NCBI GenBank assembly: GCA_000320545.1
Contig: ADNK01000614.1
Span: 62,001-126,000 of the forward strand
Reading direction: 5' to 3'
Length of the DNA stretch: 64,000 bases
DNA from: Bigelowiella natans CCMP2755
Taxonomy: Eukaryota; Protista; Cercozoa
In this document: positions 13,428 through 26,933 of the stretch, piece by piece
Layout of the letters: each line of letters opens with the position of its first letter
Position numbering within the stretch: position 1 is the first letter of the stretch
Program-made: the position numbers and the translations under genes
Notes under the pieces: generated by a model
Told to the model about the DNA's origin: nothing
Database searches by the model: none
What the model saw: only the letters and a program-made list of their open reading frames with translations

Positions 13428-13440
<13 letters not shown>
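13264..13440. repeat. 85-bp direct duplication (13264-13348 and 13356-13440) separated by GAGACGG
   Basis: Two identical copies of atgcattgggactgtatatgacgagg...atgcaaatatatatat. The junction ATGAGACGGATG equals the terminus of the retroelement at 43718. Confidence 0.95.
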
Positions 13441-13459
<19 letters not shown>

Positions 13460-14003
13460 CTTATATTTGCACATGTACATATACTGACTAGTCATCATCG
13501 CGGCGTTACAACGCTGCTAACGGCGTGCAAATAAATGCACGAAAGTAGCTCTGCGCAGCTGCGCAGCTTTAATTGTAATTCGAATGCATAACACCAGCAC
13601 GGGCAGCCGCGCGCGGTCACTATTGAGAAACACTCCACCTTCTAGCCTTGTCCATCAGTTCGTGCTGGCCTTCATGTGGACATTCATATGGCGTGTATCG
13701 AGCATAATTTAGTGCAGCGCAGATGCTAGTTTGCATGGAACAATTTTTGAAGCATATTAGCTAGGTAGCTGCTCTTTCTGACCAATTGCTAGGCCGCGCT
13801 CTGGCAAGCTGCTGCTGTTCTCTATAGTAGCTCTAGTCCAACATTGCGCTGCGCATGTACGCAATTGTTGGGTATTGCTACATTTAGCCTAAATGGCCTC
13901 GAACACATAAGCGAGCGAATATAGGGACATATATGTCCATATACGAAGGCGTTGCGTGGCCTTTTTGTGTGCACAAAATGCAGAGGAAAACAAAGTTGTC
14001 ATA

Positions 14004-14048
14004 GATGACCATAGGAAAGATTTAGATTATTCATTACATCCGTCTCAT
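14004..14048 (+). mobile_element. 3'-terminal fragment (~45 bp) of a non-LTR retroelement family
   Basis: gatgaccataggaaagatttagattattcattacatccgtctcat matches the reverse complement of 43718-43762. Confidence 0.75.
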
Positions 14049-14211
14049 ATTCACTAAGTTGCTCGTGCGGATCGGACCCAAGCGTCATTGTCGACTATCA
14101 ATTTTTTAATCACGTACTAACATTGTAACGATAATTTTCATCACATACGCCTAATGGAATGCATGAACCTCAGCGGCGTCGTCTTTACAATTATCACTAT
14201 TCAGCTTTTGT

Positions 14212-16022
14212 TTAATTGCTGCTTGCAACGACATTCTCTAATTTTAGTTTCGCACTCTTCGATGTACTAATTTGTACGGCATAACGACCGGACGATGCGT
14301 CGTATTCTTGGATTTTCCCGTATTTTCCGTTCATATGAGGAGCCTTTGTAAGGCCTATTAATCTAACTACCGTATCCTTCGGCAATACCACATTTGCAGG
14401 CTTCACGAGTGCAGGTTTCTTCTTTATGTGTCTGGGCAATCGAAGCCAGTATCGACCTTTCTCGCCTGAGTAGCCGATGATTGTTCCCTTTTCTCCATTG
14501 AATTCGGAAGAGCTGACCATGCCTGTGATCTTGGCGCCCATTACGATCTGCTGCAAATTCTCTCGTTTGAGCTTGTAATTCTTTTCGTCTTCGAGATTCT
14601 TGATAATGTATCTGTTCATCTTGCTGTCATAAGCTTCTACTACGGCCATGTCGCCATTCTTCTCGTTCGCCTTGACAAGACCCTGCAATCTCACACGAGT
14701 TCCCGGAGGTAGCGCGTTGAACGGCAGCGGCATCTTCTTTGGTTGTTGTTGGAATCCCCCTCCTCCTGGAAACCCCCCTCCTGGGAAGCCTCCTCCGCCC
14801 ATACCGCCCATACCGCCCATACCGGGAAAACCTCCCATGCCGCCCATACCGCCCATGCCGCCGAATGGAAACCCTCCAGGCATGCCTCCCATTCCTGATT
14901 AGTTGATTATGGTGAGGAGGTGATAGACAAATAGAGCTACGTGCGCGCGCGCACACACACACACACAAACACAAGCAACAATAGGAAAGACCATTCAAGG
15001 TTTCGATTATAGACACAACGTATATGCAAATACAATGCGTCTTGGATAGAATCGGAAAGTATTATTACCTCCACCGCCGCCGCCTGGCATCCCTCCCATT
15101 CCTCCCATTCCAGGAAACATGAACTTTATGCCCCCGGGCATGCCTCCTCCTCCTCCTCTTCCTCCTCCTCCTCCCATGCCTCCCCCGAAGAAACTTTCCA
15201 TAGGATTGCTTCCGCCGAAGAATGTTTTGAAGATTTCCTCAGCGTGTTCGGAGGAAAATCCTCCCGGCATTCCTCCACCACCGTTCATGCCTGGGAAAAA
15301 CGATAAATAATAAGTTTTCATAAATATGAGGCTAATGTGTTAATCATGGCTAGGGAAAAGTGGAACATGAATAATGATGAATAATACTTACCGGCTTTGC
15401 CGAATTGGTCATACTGCTTGCGCTTCTTTGAGTCGGATAGCACTGCAGACAGAAAAAAATAAAAATATTAATAATCCAGTCATGATGTTCTACACAATGA
15501 TATCCAACCTCCATATGCTTCTCCAATTTTCTTGAAATTCGCTTCTGCTTGCTCCAAATTGTCGGGATTTTTATCTGGGTGCCATCTGTTTAGTGTAATA
15601 TATGTTTGTGTGTGTGTGTGTGCGTGTGTGTTTTGTTTGTTGCTTTGTGAAAAAGGACTATGATTTTATATCAATGGTACGTTAAAATCATGTTATTTGT
15701 GCTATGTGTTGGTGTGTGTGTTATTAAGTGTAGAGGTTATTATTTTTTTTATAGTGCTGCTTCATGGTTAAAAGCTTACTTCATAGCTAGTTTTCTGTAT
15801 GCCTTTTTGATATCTTTGTCAGAGGCATCTTTCGACACACCGAGCACCTGATCAAATGTGAGAGCAAGGATTAGTCCCTCAGTTGTCCGCGTCGGACTTG
15901 CTCTGCGCATGTATGAACGCAAATGAAGGCACGAGACATCATCATACACGAAATTATCTTCCTTTTTGACTTTTAAATCTGTATCCGACCTTGTAGTAAT
16001 CGTCAGAGTCGAGATTTGACAT
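14212..16022 (-). CDS. DnaJ/Hsp40 J-domain protein with a G/M/F-rich linker and three C-terminal SH3-like repeats
   Basis: [11 protein letters not shown]|[23 protein letters not shown]|WHPDKNPDN...FKKIGEAY|[15 protein letters not shown] (HPD motif), [10 protein letters not shown], then three repeats of V.L.GL....NG..G.I..Y....GRY.....LK.EN. Confidence 0.92.
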
Positions 16023-16980
16023 CTTTGTGTTGGTTTACAAGTCTTTCTTTTTTTCACCTGGGAATTCAATAGATTAAGTGCTTGTTTGAGAAGCAAACTA
16101 ATAACACATCACTACACCTCCCCCGGTGGTGGTTCTCCCATCACAAAAATAATCAAGGGCACACATCCTTACTATCGGCATAGCAATCAATTACACGCCA
16201 CTACTACTTGCAGAGGGTTGAGTTGTGCGGTTCGACGTTCTTCTTGTCTCCAATCACCGACGACATATTTCCTGGATTTCATGCCATTTTTCCTGAACGA
16301 CAGGCTCTGCATCAAGTCACATACATGTCTTCGCAGAGATTTTCAAGCCCTTTCTTTGGAGTTCCAGAACTTTTTCGCGAAGCTCCCGAATAATTTCGAG
16401 ACGCGCAATGCGAAATCGCTTTGGGTTTTGGACGCAGGAATTCAATTTGTGATGTCGTAAGGGAACTTTACAATGGGTTTGACTTTTATGTCGTCAAAGA
16501 AACAAGTGAAACTTTTCTGGGTGCAAGCCCGAGCCCTCTATGAAATTTCCGCGAGCTTTGATGTTATCATTTTTACTAACACCGGATTTCAGGATTTCCT
16601 ACAGGATTTCCGGTACAAAGAGCCAGAAACCTTTGTGTGGGTTAAAAGGGGAGCAAAGACAAGCTTTCTTTGCGCATTCTTTCGTTAAATGCAGAATTAC
16701 TGAAGGTGTTGATGCCTGGTAATAACCGGGATTATGAGGTGGGTGTTCCCAGAGCACCAGGGATCACCAACGCTACGAGTACGAATGCATGCTCGCATTA
16801 TTTCAGAGCATCTGTCTCATCTGTCTCCCACTTTCCCAGTCATATTGCGTGCAACACAGGAAATCTTTTGTCCGCGTCATGGTTATTTCCCGTTGGGGTG
16901 TAAAGAAAGGGAGTTGCTCAGACAAACTCATTCTAATAGTTTCTCTTGTGCCCGAGACGACGGCCCGCCCCCAACGTCCG

Positions 16981-19156
16981 ATGCTGGCGATCTTCCTCCT
17001 CCTTCACACTCCTCTCACCGACGCTGTATGGAGAACTTATCACCATCACCGCCGCCATCACCATCATCATTACCAGAAGAATCAGCTAGTAGTTTCGGAA
17101 GCTCTCCCAACAATTTTTGAGGAGGCGGACATCCGGCTAAATGCACTTACGGGAAGGTGAGACGAAAGACCGAATGGCGTTTTTCTTGCTTTTTAGTTTC
17201 TGTTGAGGAGAAGAGAAAGAGGATCAGATGATGTGTTTAAAGGCTGCACCTATAATGTGAGAGGGCTCGAAAATATCGGATCAATTAAGTCATTTGCATC
17301 ATCTCAGTTTCCAAAATAATTGTGAATAATAGTTCGAACTGTATCTCCGGAAAATCTTGCGTGGCTTTCGTCGCGCTTGCAGGACTTGTATCTCCTTCGA
17401 AGTGCAACACGGTAGTTAGTTGTATATCGCACTCTCAAAAAAATTGGGTGTTACTGCGTGCAGTTGCATGCGGTACAAGTTTTCTCACCATATTCTTGAT
17501 CTTTTGAATATTTATGCAGCTGGAGGAAGGTTTCTCATGCAAGTTCATGTGTGCGGTCATGTCGAATCTTGCTGCCCACGGTGCTATCATAACCGAGGCA
17601 AACAAGGATCCAAAAGAGAACGTAAATTTCGACATGGTCCTCATGCACGACGATACCTTTCCGGACGATATGCTGCTCACCCTTGACCATGAGCTTCGCC
17701 TGCGCCGCATGGCTATCTCGAGGCAGCTGAAGCTATTTTCGTGCCATAACAACGAAAACAATCAAGCGTCCCGCACGTTGTGCGAGGATTCTGTGGATTT
17801 TGACACAGAGATCACGGCCAAAAACGAAGCTGAGCTTCGGGCTATCCGAGTCAGAAATATTCAACGAATGAAGTTAGCCGCGACTACTTTAACAGAATAC
17901 GATGCTGTCGTTTTCTTGGATGAAGATGCATACGTGCATGATGTTGCCTCCCTCGTAAAGGCAGTTTCTAGCTTCATAAAAGAAGATGTGCAACTGCTGG
18001 GAAGGCTAGGACACGACTCCCCCATCAACGCAGGAGTGAGATGAGATTGATATTCTTACTTTTTTAGAAGAACAGAAACGCATGCCAAAACGAGCACCAT
18101 GAAGTCACTGCAACGTTTAAGCCCGCTAAGGACAATATTATCTTGTAGGTTTTCATGATGAAGCCAAACATGGAGGCTGCGCAAGCATGGCTAGAAAGTA
18201 TGGAGCACGGTTTCACCGTGGAACGAGGCTGGGGATCCGGACCCACCCCCCAATTCTGGCCAGCAGCTGTAAATGGGGACCTCGAGAACAAGGTTGCCAT
18301 GTTTGCGTACACAAAAAAGGATCAATGTGCCTGTGAATTGCTATCGATGTGGTTATCATGATAGTATCCGTTGTGATCTAATTACCATCATTACTATCAT
18401 TATGATGCACTTCAAGATGGCTCGCGAAGTCCCTTGGGAGTTCGTTGGTGCGGATCGAGATCAGGGCTTGCTGTGGCACATTTATGGTCATAGCCTAAAA
18501 TCAATAGGGCTAGAAGGATTCGAAGCTCGACTGGGGGGCAACATGGTAATAAGCCACGGAAATGGGAAAAGAAACCATTTGACACGCGCAAATCATATGG
18601 AAGTAGGCAAATAGTTTGTTCTCTTCTTGAGAGGATAAGACTCTCGTGGTGCGTGTGCGTGCGTGTGCGTGCGTGTATGTGTCCATATCCGAATCTTCAG
18701 TCGGTCTCTTCAACTTCCATTTTTTTCTTCATGACCACTCATATCATTGGCACTTCGTCTAACACACTTCACCTCCCCATTTACTCTTCTTTCAATTAAT
18801 GGGTGCTCCTTAAATTTACAAAAATTCTCTATATGAATCAGTCCAAGCCTGAAATAGACGGTGTGCTTTTCATGGATGACGAGCGATTGCTAAGTTTCTC
18901 CGATCACATGACGGGAACACCTAAACCTGCCGACGATTCTCCGTGTAAGATAAAGAACTTAGATAGAATCCGAAGATCGCACCGTGCTCTCAACATGCTG
19001 GTTCCAGCAGCGAAGAAGGTATTTGGGAAAGGTCTCCATCGGAAAAGTAAGGATCTTTTGTACCAGTGCACCACTCGTCTGGAAGAAAGTGCTGAATTCT
19101 GCATGGCAAAGATTGCCGAGGGTAATCGGAGAAAGGAACAGAAGGCGCGCAAATAA
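16981..19156 (+). CDS. GT-A fold glycosyltransferase, GT8/glycogenin-like, with an N-terminal signal/anchor
   Basis: MLAIFLLLH leader; KLAATTLTEYDAVVFLDED (DxD); PINAG|VFMMKP; DRDQGLL; HMTGTPKP (cf. HF.G..KP). Confidence 0.7.
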
Positions 19157-20110
19157 AAGCCTTACATGCACGAACGCGCAACTTTTCATTAATAGAGGAG
19201 CCGTCAGATTTGGAGTGTTGCACAGATTTAGCATGTTGTGTTTGCGAGTAAAAATATAATTTAACTTATAACTTGATCATCGTAAAAGCGTAGCGTACAA
19301 TTAATCTAGAACTACAAATGCGCATAAACTATATGTTGGCTACGAGCTATTTACATTGCTTTTAGCAGACTAAAAGTGAAACACGATTTCGCAACCATGC
19401 TAGCATGTTCCGCAATCGGGTTGCGGGAGGAATTTCTCCTCTAGTTAGTCTAGAGTCTAGTAGTCGCCCGACTAGCCGACCCCTAGTTCATGGATGATGC
19501 TAGAATGTTGCTAAATTTTTGTTGTAACCCCAGAGTACATAGTTTGCCGTCATCGGAAAGTCAATCACGACAATGAACACTTCCTCCTCTGCGTAGCTAT
19601 TTGTCACAACACGCTGACTAATACTAGACTAGCAAAAAGACGCTAACTTCATCTTTCTGTGCTGTTTACGCTTCAGCAAAGATGTGATTTTGGGTATCTA
19701 GCTGGATGAATGTCTCATGTTGCAATGTTTTTATTTTTGAGCAGGTGTTGCGCCGGTGCACTGTGCTATACGCATGCATTTATTTTACAGTAAAAAAAAG
19801 CGCATCCTATACATGTACATAGATAAACATATGTACATAAATATGTACATGTCTAGACAATGTATCTACAGTGAACGGTTTCTTTACACAGATCTAGATC
19901 TGCAACAGCGCACATGTACGTTAACTTTTGCCATCGATTGATCTCACGTGCTCTGACCCAAGATACACGGGCTACGGATATGGGGTTATGGGGTAGATTG
20001 TCCCAGGCTGCATGTAGTACATCTAGCACCATTGCAATAACTGGCAGGCTCCATTTTGTACATGTTGGTTTCCTTTATATCCCGTCCAAGAAATTTACGC
20101 TGTTTGTATG

Positions 20111-20587
20111 CTACCAGAACTTGCGGAATGTGGCAAGCACTATATCCTCTCCTTCGACGTTGAGTGTGGCGGAAAGTGGGTCGCCATGGCCACGAGATGC
20201 TTCGATACCGTACGATCCGGTGTACAACACCCTGAAGTAGATGCAAGGGAAAATGGTCATAATGAGCATTAGTGATGAGCGTAAAACCCCAGGACTAAGC
20301 TACTTAGATAGAGCACGGCATGAAAAGGTGGGAGGAGGAATTGGAGGGAGAGTAGGAGAGGAGGAGGAGGAGGAGGAGGAGGAGGAGGAGGAGGAGAAAA
20401 ACCGGCAGTCCGAAGCAGGGGAATGTAGCGCGGAAGGAGGCTGTGTGCATGCTCACATCACTGGAATAATAATGAAGGAGGACTTATTTAGGTGATACAC
20501 CCATCCTGCTTATCACCTATTTCCCTGCATGTCAACGAGAGAGAGCCCGCGTGCGTCCACACTGAAATAGATCTGAGACAGAGAAAT

Positions 20588-20620
<33 letters not shown>

Positions 20621-22418
20621 CGATGATGATCACGATGGCACAGATGTGTAGATGTGTATGCGTGGCAATGGTCAGCAAGAACATGAAAGTAGCCATCACA
20701 GACTTGAATGTGAGCCTTATGATATTAACAAGGATAATCATCATCACCACCACCACCACCACCATGTCATCATCGTATTCGTCCCTCTTTACTACCTTCT
20801 TAGATTCCCCGGGAGAGAGTGTCACCCGCTCAAACGCCAGTAGGAACCGTAGCGGCTGTCGCCTCCTTTTGTCACCATCCGAGGGGGGGGGGGGGACCGC
20901 ATAGAGCTGCACCACCTGCAGCATGCATTTTTAGGTCATACTCAGGCCAACAAGTGCTTATTCTTCTCCTCATACAACGACAGCGAGGACGATGACATGA
21001 ACCTTCAACAAACCACTACTACTACTACTACTACTACTAATAATAATAATAATGCTGGTGCTGGTGCTGCCGTGCTACCTCATCGCCTTTGCGGTTGCCT
21101 GTATTCGTGACGATAACGGTGTAGTTGACCAGAGCATCGGTGCTAGCCTGAAGAACATATCCCCACCCCCCCAACCCACGACAAGGGACGAGACACAAGG
21201 GAACGTTATTCTATTTGTGGTGTCAGTTGTCTATATACTGCTAGGCTGTAATGCACAGAAAGAGAGGGGGTGGGAACGAGGAAACTCATATATCTATGAT
21301 GTGGAAAAATACGCTTGCGCGCGCACACCAACATACACAAACACAATGTTATTTCCTGCCTGTTATTCCACGACTACTTGCTGCTGCTTTGCGTTTTTTA
21401 CCACAATTGATGAAGATAGTGCCGGCGACGACGTTAACGAGGAGGAGGAGGATGATGGTGGTGGTGGTGATGATGGAAAGGAGGTGTTGCACCACTTCAT
21501 TGAAAACGACGTGTAGGATAGGCCTGAGCGCATGCGGATCGCGATTAGCTACACAATATCTTCCGTACCACAGAAAAATGAGCAGATGTCTCTTTTTTAT
21601 CGGGGCAGCAGTTGTGTGGAAAGACTTGGTGGTGGTGGTGGTGGTGGTGGTGGTGGTGGTGGTGGCGGTATTCACAAAGTGCTCACCATATCCAAAAGCG
21701 AACAGCGGGGTCCCGGTGTAGTAGCGATATGTCCTCCCCACACCCCCTGCCTCCATGCTCATGTCAAGGAAGCTTACCTGAATCGATAGATCATAGTAAT
21801 GACGATAATAACGAAACAGACGGTCGCAATGGAGGGTGGTGAGTGTCCTAGAAACGGCAGCACTGTGTTCTTGTGTGTCGTTGGCATCGAAGAAAGTAAA
21901 GGACAAAACTGCCGGCAGTGGATAGTGGTGGTTGGGACAATAGGAAGGAAAATTCGTACTATATATTAATTACGCAGTTTGCGACTATAATAAATATAAA
22001 CACAATACGTGCACAAAGTTGATAAACAATATGCATATTATGCATGTCCCGCAACACCTTCGACAACATGAACAAATCACACCTTATCGACGTAATCACT
22101 CGGATAGATGGTGATAGGAAGCTTACCCCCTGGGTTATTATCCCCGAAGATAGTTTCGGCGATTACCTGCATGCAGTAGGGCAGAGGGGGGGGGCAACGT
22201 TGGTGATAGCAACCTCTTCCAAACACCCCGAACACACAATCGCACGTCTGATTTCTCACTCAGAAGCACGCAGCGCTGTGAAAATGAAGTTCGCCGCGTG
22301 CATCATCATCATTAACCATTCATCATCGTCATTACCTTAGCTCCGTGCGGACCGGGTGTAAAAGCGTCCAGAATGGCAGGGGATGGTGCCACCAGCTTGT
22401 CGATAGAGACTGGCCCTG

Positions 22419-22465
<47 letters not shown>

Positions 22466-22470
22466 TATAC

Positions 22471-22507
<37 letters not shown>

Positions 22508-22900
22508 AGAACGTGTGTTATGGTTCATTGAGTGTGGGAGTGTTATGTTGCGCATGGATATGACCTGTCTTCCATGTATGGTAGAAGAAGAACAAGAAGG
22601 AGAAGAAGAAGAAGAAGAAAAAAAGAGATTTAAATAAAGGAGGGGGGTGGGCATAAACACTACCGCCGTGTACAAGCAAGAGAACCACGGAAGCTGCCTT
22701 CTTGGCCTTCTTAGCCTTCTCCATGCCTTCAAGAAACTAGGACAGACGACAGCGACGATAATAACACCAACGACGATTAAGCTGGTGGTGGTGCTCACGG
22801 CGACGGAAAGTTAGAATCAACAATGCGCATAAGCACGTAGCTCAGTCAAAAGAAGATCTCAGAGATGTAACAACGTCGCTTCTGTGACAATACTACTACG

Positions 22901-22931
<31 letters not shown>

Positions 22932-23212
22932 TCTCGCAAAACTGGAGCTGATTCTCGTCAAGAGAAATAGTGTAGCGATCTTGCCCCTCATGCCCAGCAG
23001 TGTCGTTGGCGATTAAGACGACCAAATCGGCCCACTGATAAGATCAGATATAAATATTCAAACCCACACAAACACATACTCGGGTAATGAATAATAGCGG
23101 AACGAAGGTAACAGACATGTTGTTCAATCCAGCTGTGTGTACTTCAATCGATTGATAGAGAAATATGGTGCAAGTAGTAGTAGTAGGTCATGTAGATCAC
23201 GTGCTGGAACTG

Positions 23213-23245
<33 letters not shown>

Positions 23246-25462
23246 ACTACTACCTCGGCTAGTTGAAGAGCTGATTTGGTGTCGTTAATGTCGGTGTGGA
23301 TTCGGGTCTCCCCTCCCTCGTTAATGCGACGCAAGCCTTGGAAGAGGGTCGGAAAGCAGGTCACCGAGCCGTTGGGGCAAATAGGCCCTGGTTATAATCC
23401 CAACAAGCTCATCATGGTCATTATGATGATGCGATGATGATTGGATGGTGATGATGATGAAAAACGACGGAGAGCGACAGCGATGTACTATAGCTGCTCG
23501 GAAAATGATACGAACGATGACGATGACGATGCATACCCCTACTACTATACTACTACTATTACCACGATGTATATTAAAGCAGCACCAGCAGCAGCAGCAG
23601 CAGAATAAGATTAAAGCATGATATTACTACCCGCATTCTTGCCGATGATGGGCGTGACATCGTTCGCAGCCGCACCAATGACGGCAAGGCGCTGGCCCTT
23701 GGGAAAGGGCAATATTCCATCCTCGTTCTTGAGCAATACCTACCACAGTAGCAGCACGATAGATGATAATCGTGATGATGATTTCGGAGCAGCGTCAAGC
23801 TGCTTTTCACTACTACTACTACTACTACTACTACTACAACAACAACATTGTGGCTGCTAGTGCTACTACTTACCATCGCTTTTCCGGCTGCGAACTCGCT
23901 GAGTGCCTGATGTGCCGGCTGGCCAACTACAGATTGAGGGATCTCGCGGTATGGCGACGACTCATGTGGGTCGAATAAGCCTAGCTTCATCCTCACACGA
24001 TAGCCGTTCCTCAGTGCATTCCTTGACGAGTTTGCCGACATGAGATTGCTATCGATGGCGTCATGCAGGTATCCTGCATACGTGTTACCGCTGTTGATAT
24101 CGGTGCCCCCCTCGATGCAGGCAGCTGTGGCCTCTGAACCGTTGCGGACATATTGGTGCTCTTTCCACACATCCTTGCAGGAATCGGAGTCTGAAGTGAC
24201 GTACCCCTGACAATTTAATGGGTGTTAGCTTATAATAGGCAAATGGGAGGTCCCGCGGAAAGGGAACAGAACCCCATCCCCCCCCCCCGCATGCGTAAGA
24301 AAGGAAAGAACGCTTTAGATAATTTGCTCTCTCATGGGTTGCGGCAGTAATACCTTAAAACCCCAATCCTCCCTGAGGATCTTCATCAGCTTGGGGTTCG
24401 CACAAGTCGGGGCACCATTCACCGCGTTGTAGCTGCACATGACGCCCAGCGCACCCCCCTCCTTCACAGCTACTTCCCACGCCGGCATGTACGTGTCAGC
24501 AAGGTCGTAGGCACTCACGTTGGCATCGAAATTGTGGCGAGTATAGTTTCCATAAGACTCAAGTGAGTAAGCTATCCAGTGCTTCAGCGTGACCACGGCC
24601 TTCAAATACCGTTCGTCCTCTCCTTGCTGCAAGCCACGCGTGTAGGCCTTAGCATAATGCCCAAGTAGCGTAGGGTCTTCTGACGAAGTCTCAAAGTTTC
24701 GTCCCCATCTGAATTTAAGATAACAAAGATGATGATGCTGCAAGGAAGAAGACTTGGTGGAGGGGAGGGAGAGAATGGAGCAAGGAGTGGGCATGAAACG
24801 TAGCCCGGATACGTGATAGGGATAGGTGCGATCAGTAGATTAAGATTAAGATGTAGGCACCTCGGATCACGAGCGACGTTGATGGTTGGGCCCCAAATGT
24901 CAAGACCGTTGTGCTTTCCCGCGTTGACGTACCTGGACGATGTTTGATATGTAAGAACAACAGCGATACACAATCTGATTTAACACTTACGCTCGTAATT
25001 CCGTTGCAAATACGCTCGCCATTTCCCGAACCAGTGTGTAGTTCCAAGCCGCACCCAGTGAGCTTGGAGCAGGGAAGTTCGTGACGCATTGCCCGTTCTC
25101 GAGGCAATCGATGTTTGACAAGACGTTTGCTGCGTTTGTACCCCAATAGTATGATGCAAGCCCAATGGATGGAATCGCAGGACTCTCTCTTGCTGTCATT
25201 TGAGGGCCTAAGCGATAAAAAGCAGCGTTTACACCTCTGAAATTGTCGCATTGGAAATTGTCTCACCAGCATCATCCCAACCGATCCGGGATACAAGATC
25301 ATCTAAACGCTCATCAAGGCCCAAGTTGGTATCGCAGAACTTGTAATCAAACTTCGCTCTCGATGTTTGACAAGAGTATGCATAAGGAGCCGCGGCGGCC
25401 GATAGCATTTGGAACACAACGAGGGCAAAAGCCGCCCATCGGCGTTGTGCAAGCATTTTCAT
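20111..25462 (-). CDS. Secreted glycoside hydrolase family 3 beta-D-xylosidase (BXL-like) with Fn3-like C-terminal domain, multi-exon
   Basis: Signal peptide; FCDTNLGLDERLDDLV; TNFPAP; WGPTINVARDPR|WGRNFETSSEDP; TLKHW; VMCSYNAVNGAPTC; WGFK|GYVTSD (nucleophile Asp); NPGGKLPITIY; GRTYRYYTGTPLFAFGYG; VVQLY; FERVTLSPGESKKV; stop at 20111. Confidence 0.95.
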
Positions 25463-25512
25463 CCCCTTCCGTCTCTCTTTTCTTCCTTTCCTCTTCCTTA
25501 GTTTTCGTTCAA

Positions 25513-25808
25513 GTGAAATTGTACATCCGGGAATGTAGTAACATTAGGGCCTACGACAACGAGACATACTTGTCGCAGAGCCCAGAATTACGGGTATATC
25601 TTCGGCATCTCGTTGCTGCCAATACGGTAATAAATAAATCACTGAAAATAGCCTCCATAAAAATATCATGGATGCCTAAGTAGATCTATTGTCGTATCCT
25701 GAAGGATTTGGGGCGCCGAAGATATACATGTAATTCTGGGCTCTGCGACAAGAATATCTCGTTGTCGTAGGTCCTAATGTTTATACATTCCCGGATGTAC
25801 GATTTCAC
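25513..25808. repeat. Long inverted repeat: 94-bp arms (25513-25606, 25715-25808), 108-bp spacer
   Basis: Manual ungapped alignment of the left arm to the reverse complement of the right arm gives 86/94 identity. It lies in the divergent spacer between the GH3 and coiled-coil genes. Confidence 0.95.
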
Positions 25809-26180
25809 CCAAACTTTTTACTCGTTAATTAATTTTGCGGAAAGCATTTGAATTTTTCAAAAAAAAGGGAGTTGGTGGAGGGACGAAACGCTCTGTCGCT
25901 TTTCCTACAGGCCTGTAGGATGTTCTGAGGTGAAGATTTGGCCTTCCATTCCTGTTGTTGTAAAAACAGGCTTTGGCACAGGGGCGCATTGCGTATGAAT
26001 TAAATGCTTAAACCGAAACTACCGAATAATTATGTCCTAAGAGAAGCCCCGCAAGGTCCCTACAACTTAATGGAGAGATCCATGGCGGACATGATTCGCT
26101 CCTTCCGTGAAATGGCGCCCTGGAGAAAGATATAATAGACGGGTTGCAAGGCTTACAGAGAACCATCTTCAGGTTAGCCC

Positions 26181-26896
26181 ATGCCTAGGGCCGCGGAATC
26201 GATGATTCGAAACGTTTTATTCCTCATCGTATCATCGCTGTCGATGACTCGCTGCTTAGGCGTCCTGAGAAATACGAAGGTATTTATATTTTGGTTACAT
26301 TAAATCAGCAATTACGTGTAAGTTTGCTTCCTACCTTTTAGTTTTCCATGGCGATGAACGCAAGCATGCTGAAGGGGGACTGCGACCCTTTATCTGAACT
26401 CTCAGATCAGGCTCCTGATGTACCCTACACGTGCTGCGGCGGCCTCTCATGCCCGCACGATGTAAGTGTAGATAGGCTCTAATAGTGGTGAAGCATTACC
26501 AACTAGTTCCTGTTCTCATCATCCTCGCTTCCTCTCCTCCTCTTACACAACGCACAAGCTCGCGCGCGCGTTGCATACGAGTGCTTTAAGTAGATAATCA
26601 CCAGTTATGTTACTTGCTACGTTAGACATTTGGGGGTTTGATTGTGTAATATGATGCGCAAAATACTAACATCCACCATCCGTAGGGTGCCACATGTTGT
26701 AAGAGCTCACTCACGTGTTGTCCCCCTGGCTGGCGATGCGGTAAGAGCGGCAAAAGCTGCGTCAGATTGAGGCCTTATCAGTGCTGTGGTGACGAGCTTG
26801 ACCGACTAGAGGCTCAGTTACTGGTGATGCTATTATCTTAATATTAATATCTTGTTATGATATCCACACTTATCTTTTTTGTAGCGATTTTTGGGG

Positions 26897-26933
<37 letters not shown>

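Noticed and set aside
13264-13440. Repeat-spacer-repeat as a CRISPR-like array
   Set aside because: Only two 85-bp units with a 7-bp spacer, eukaryotic context, no cas genes.
16584-16612. Three GGATTTC direct repeats in the DnaJ/GT8 divergent spacer
   Set aside because: Not seen consistently in other spacers, so there is too little support for a motif.
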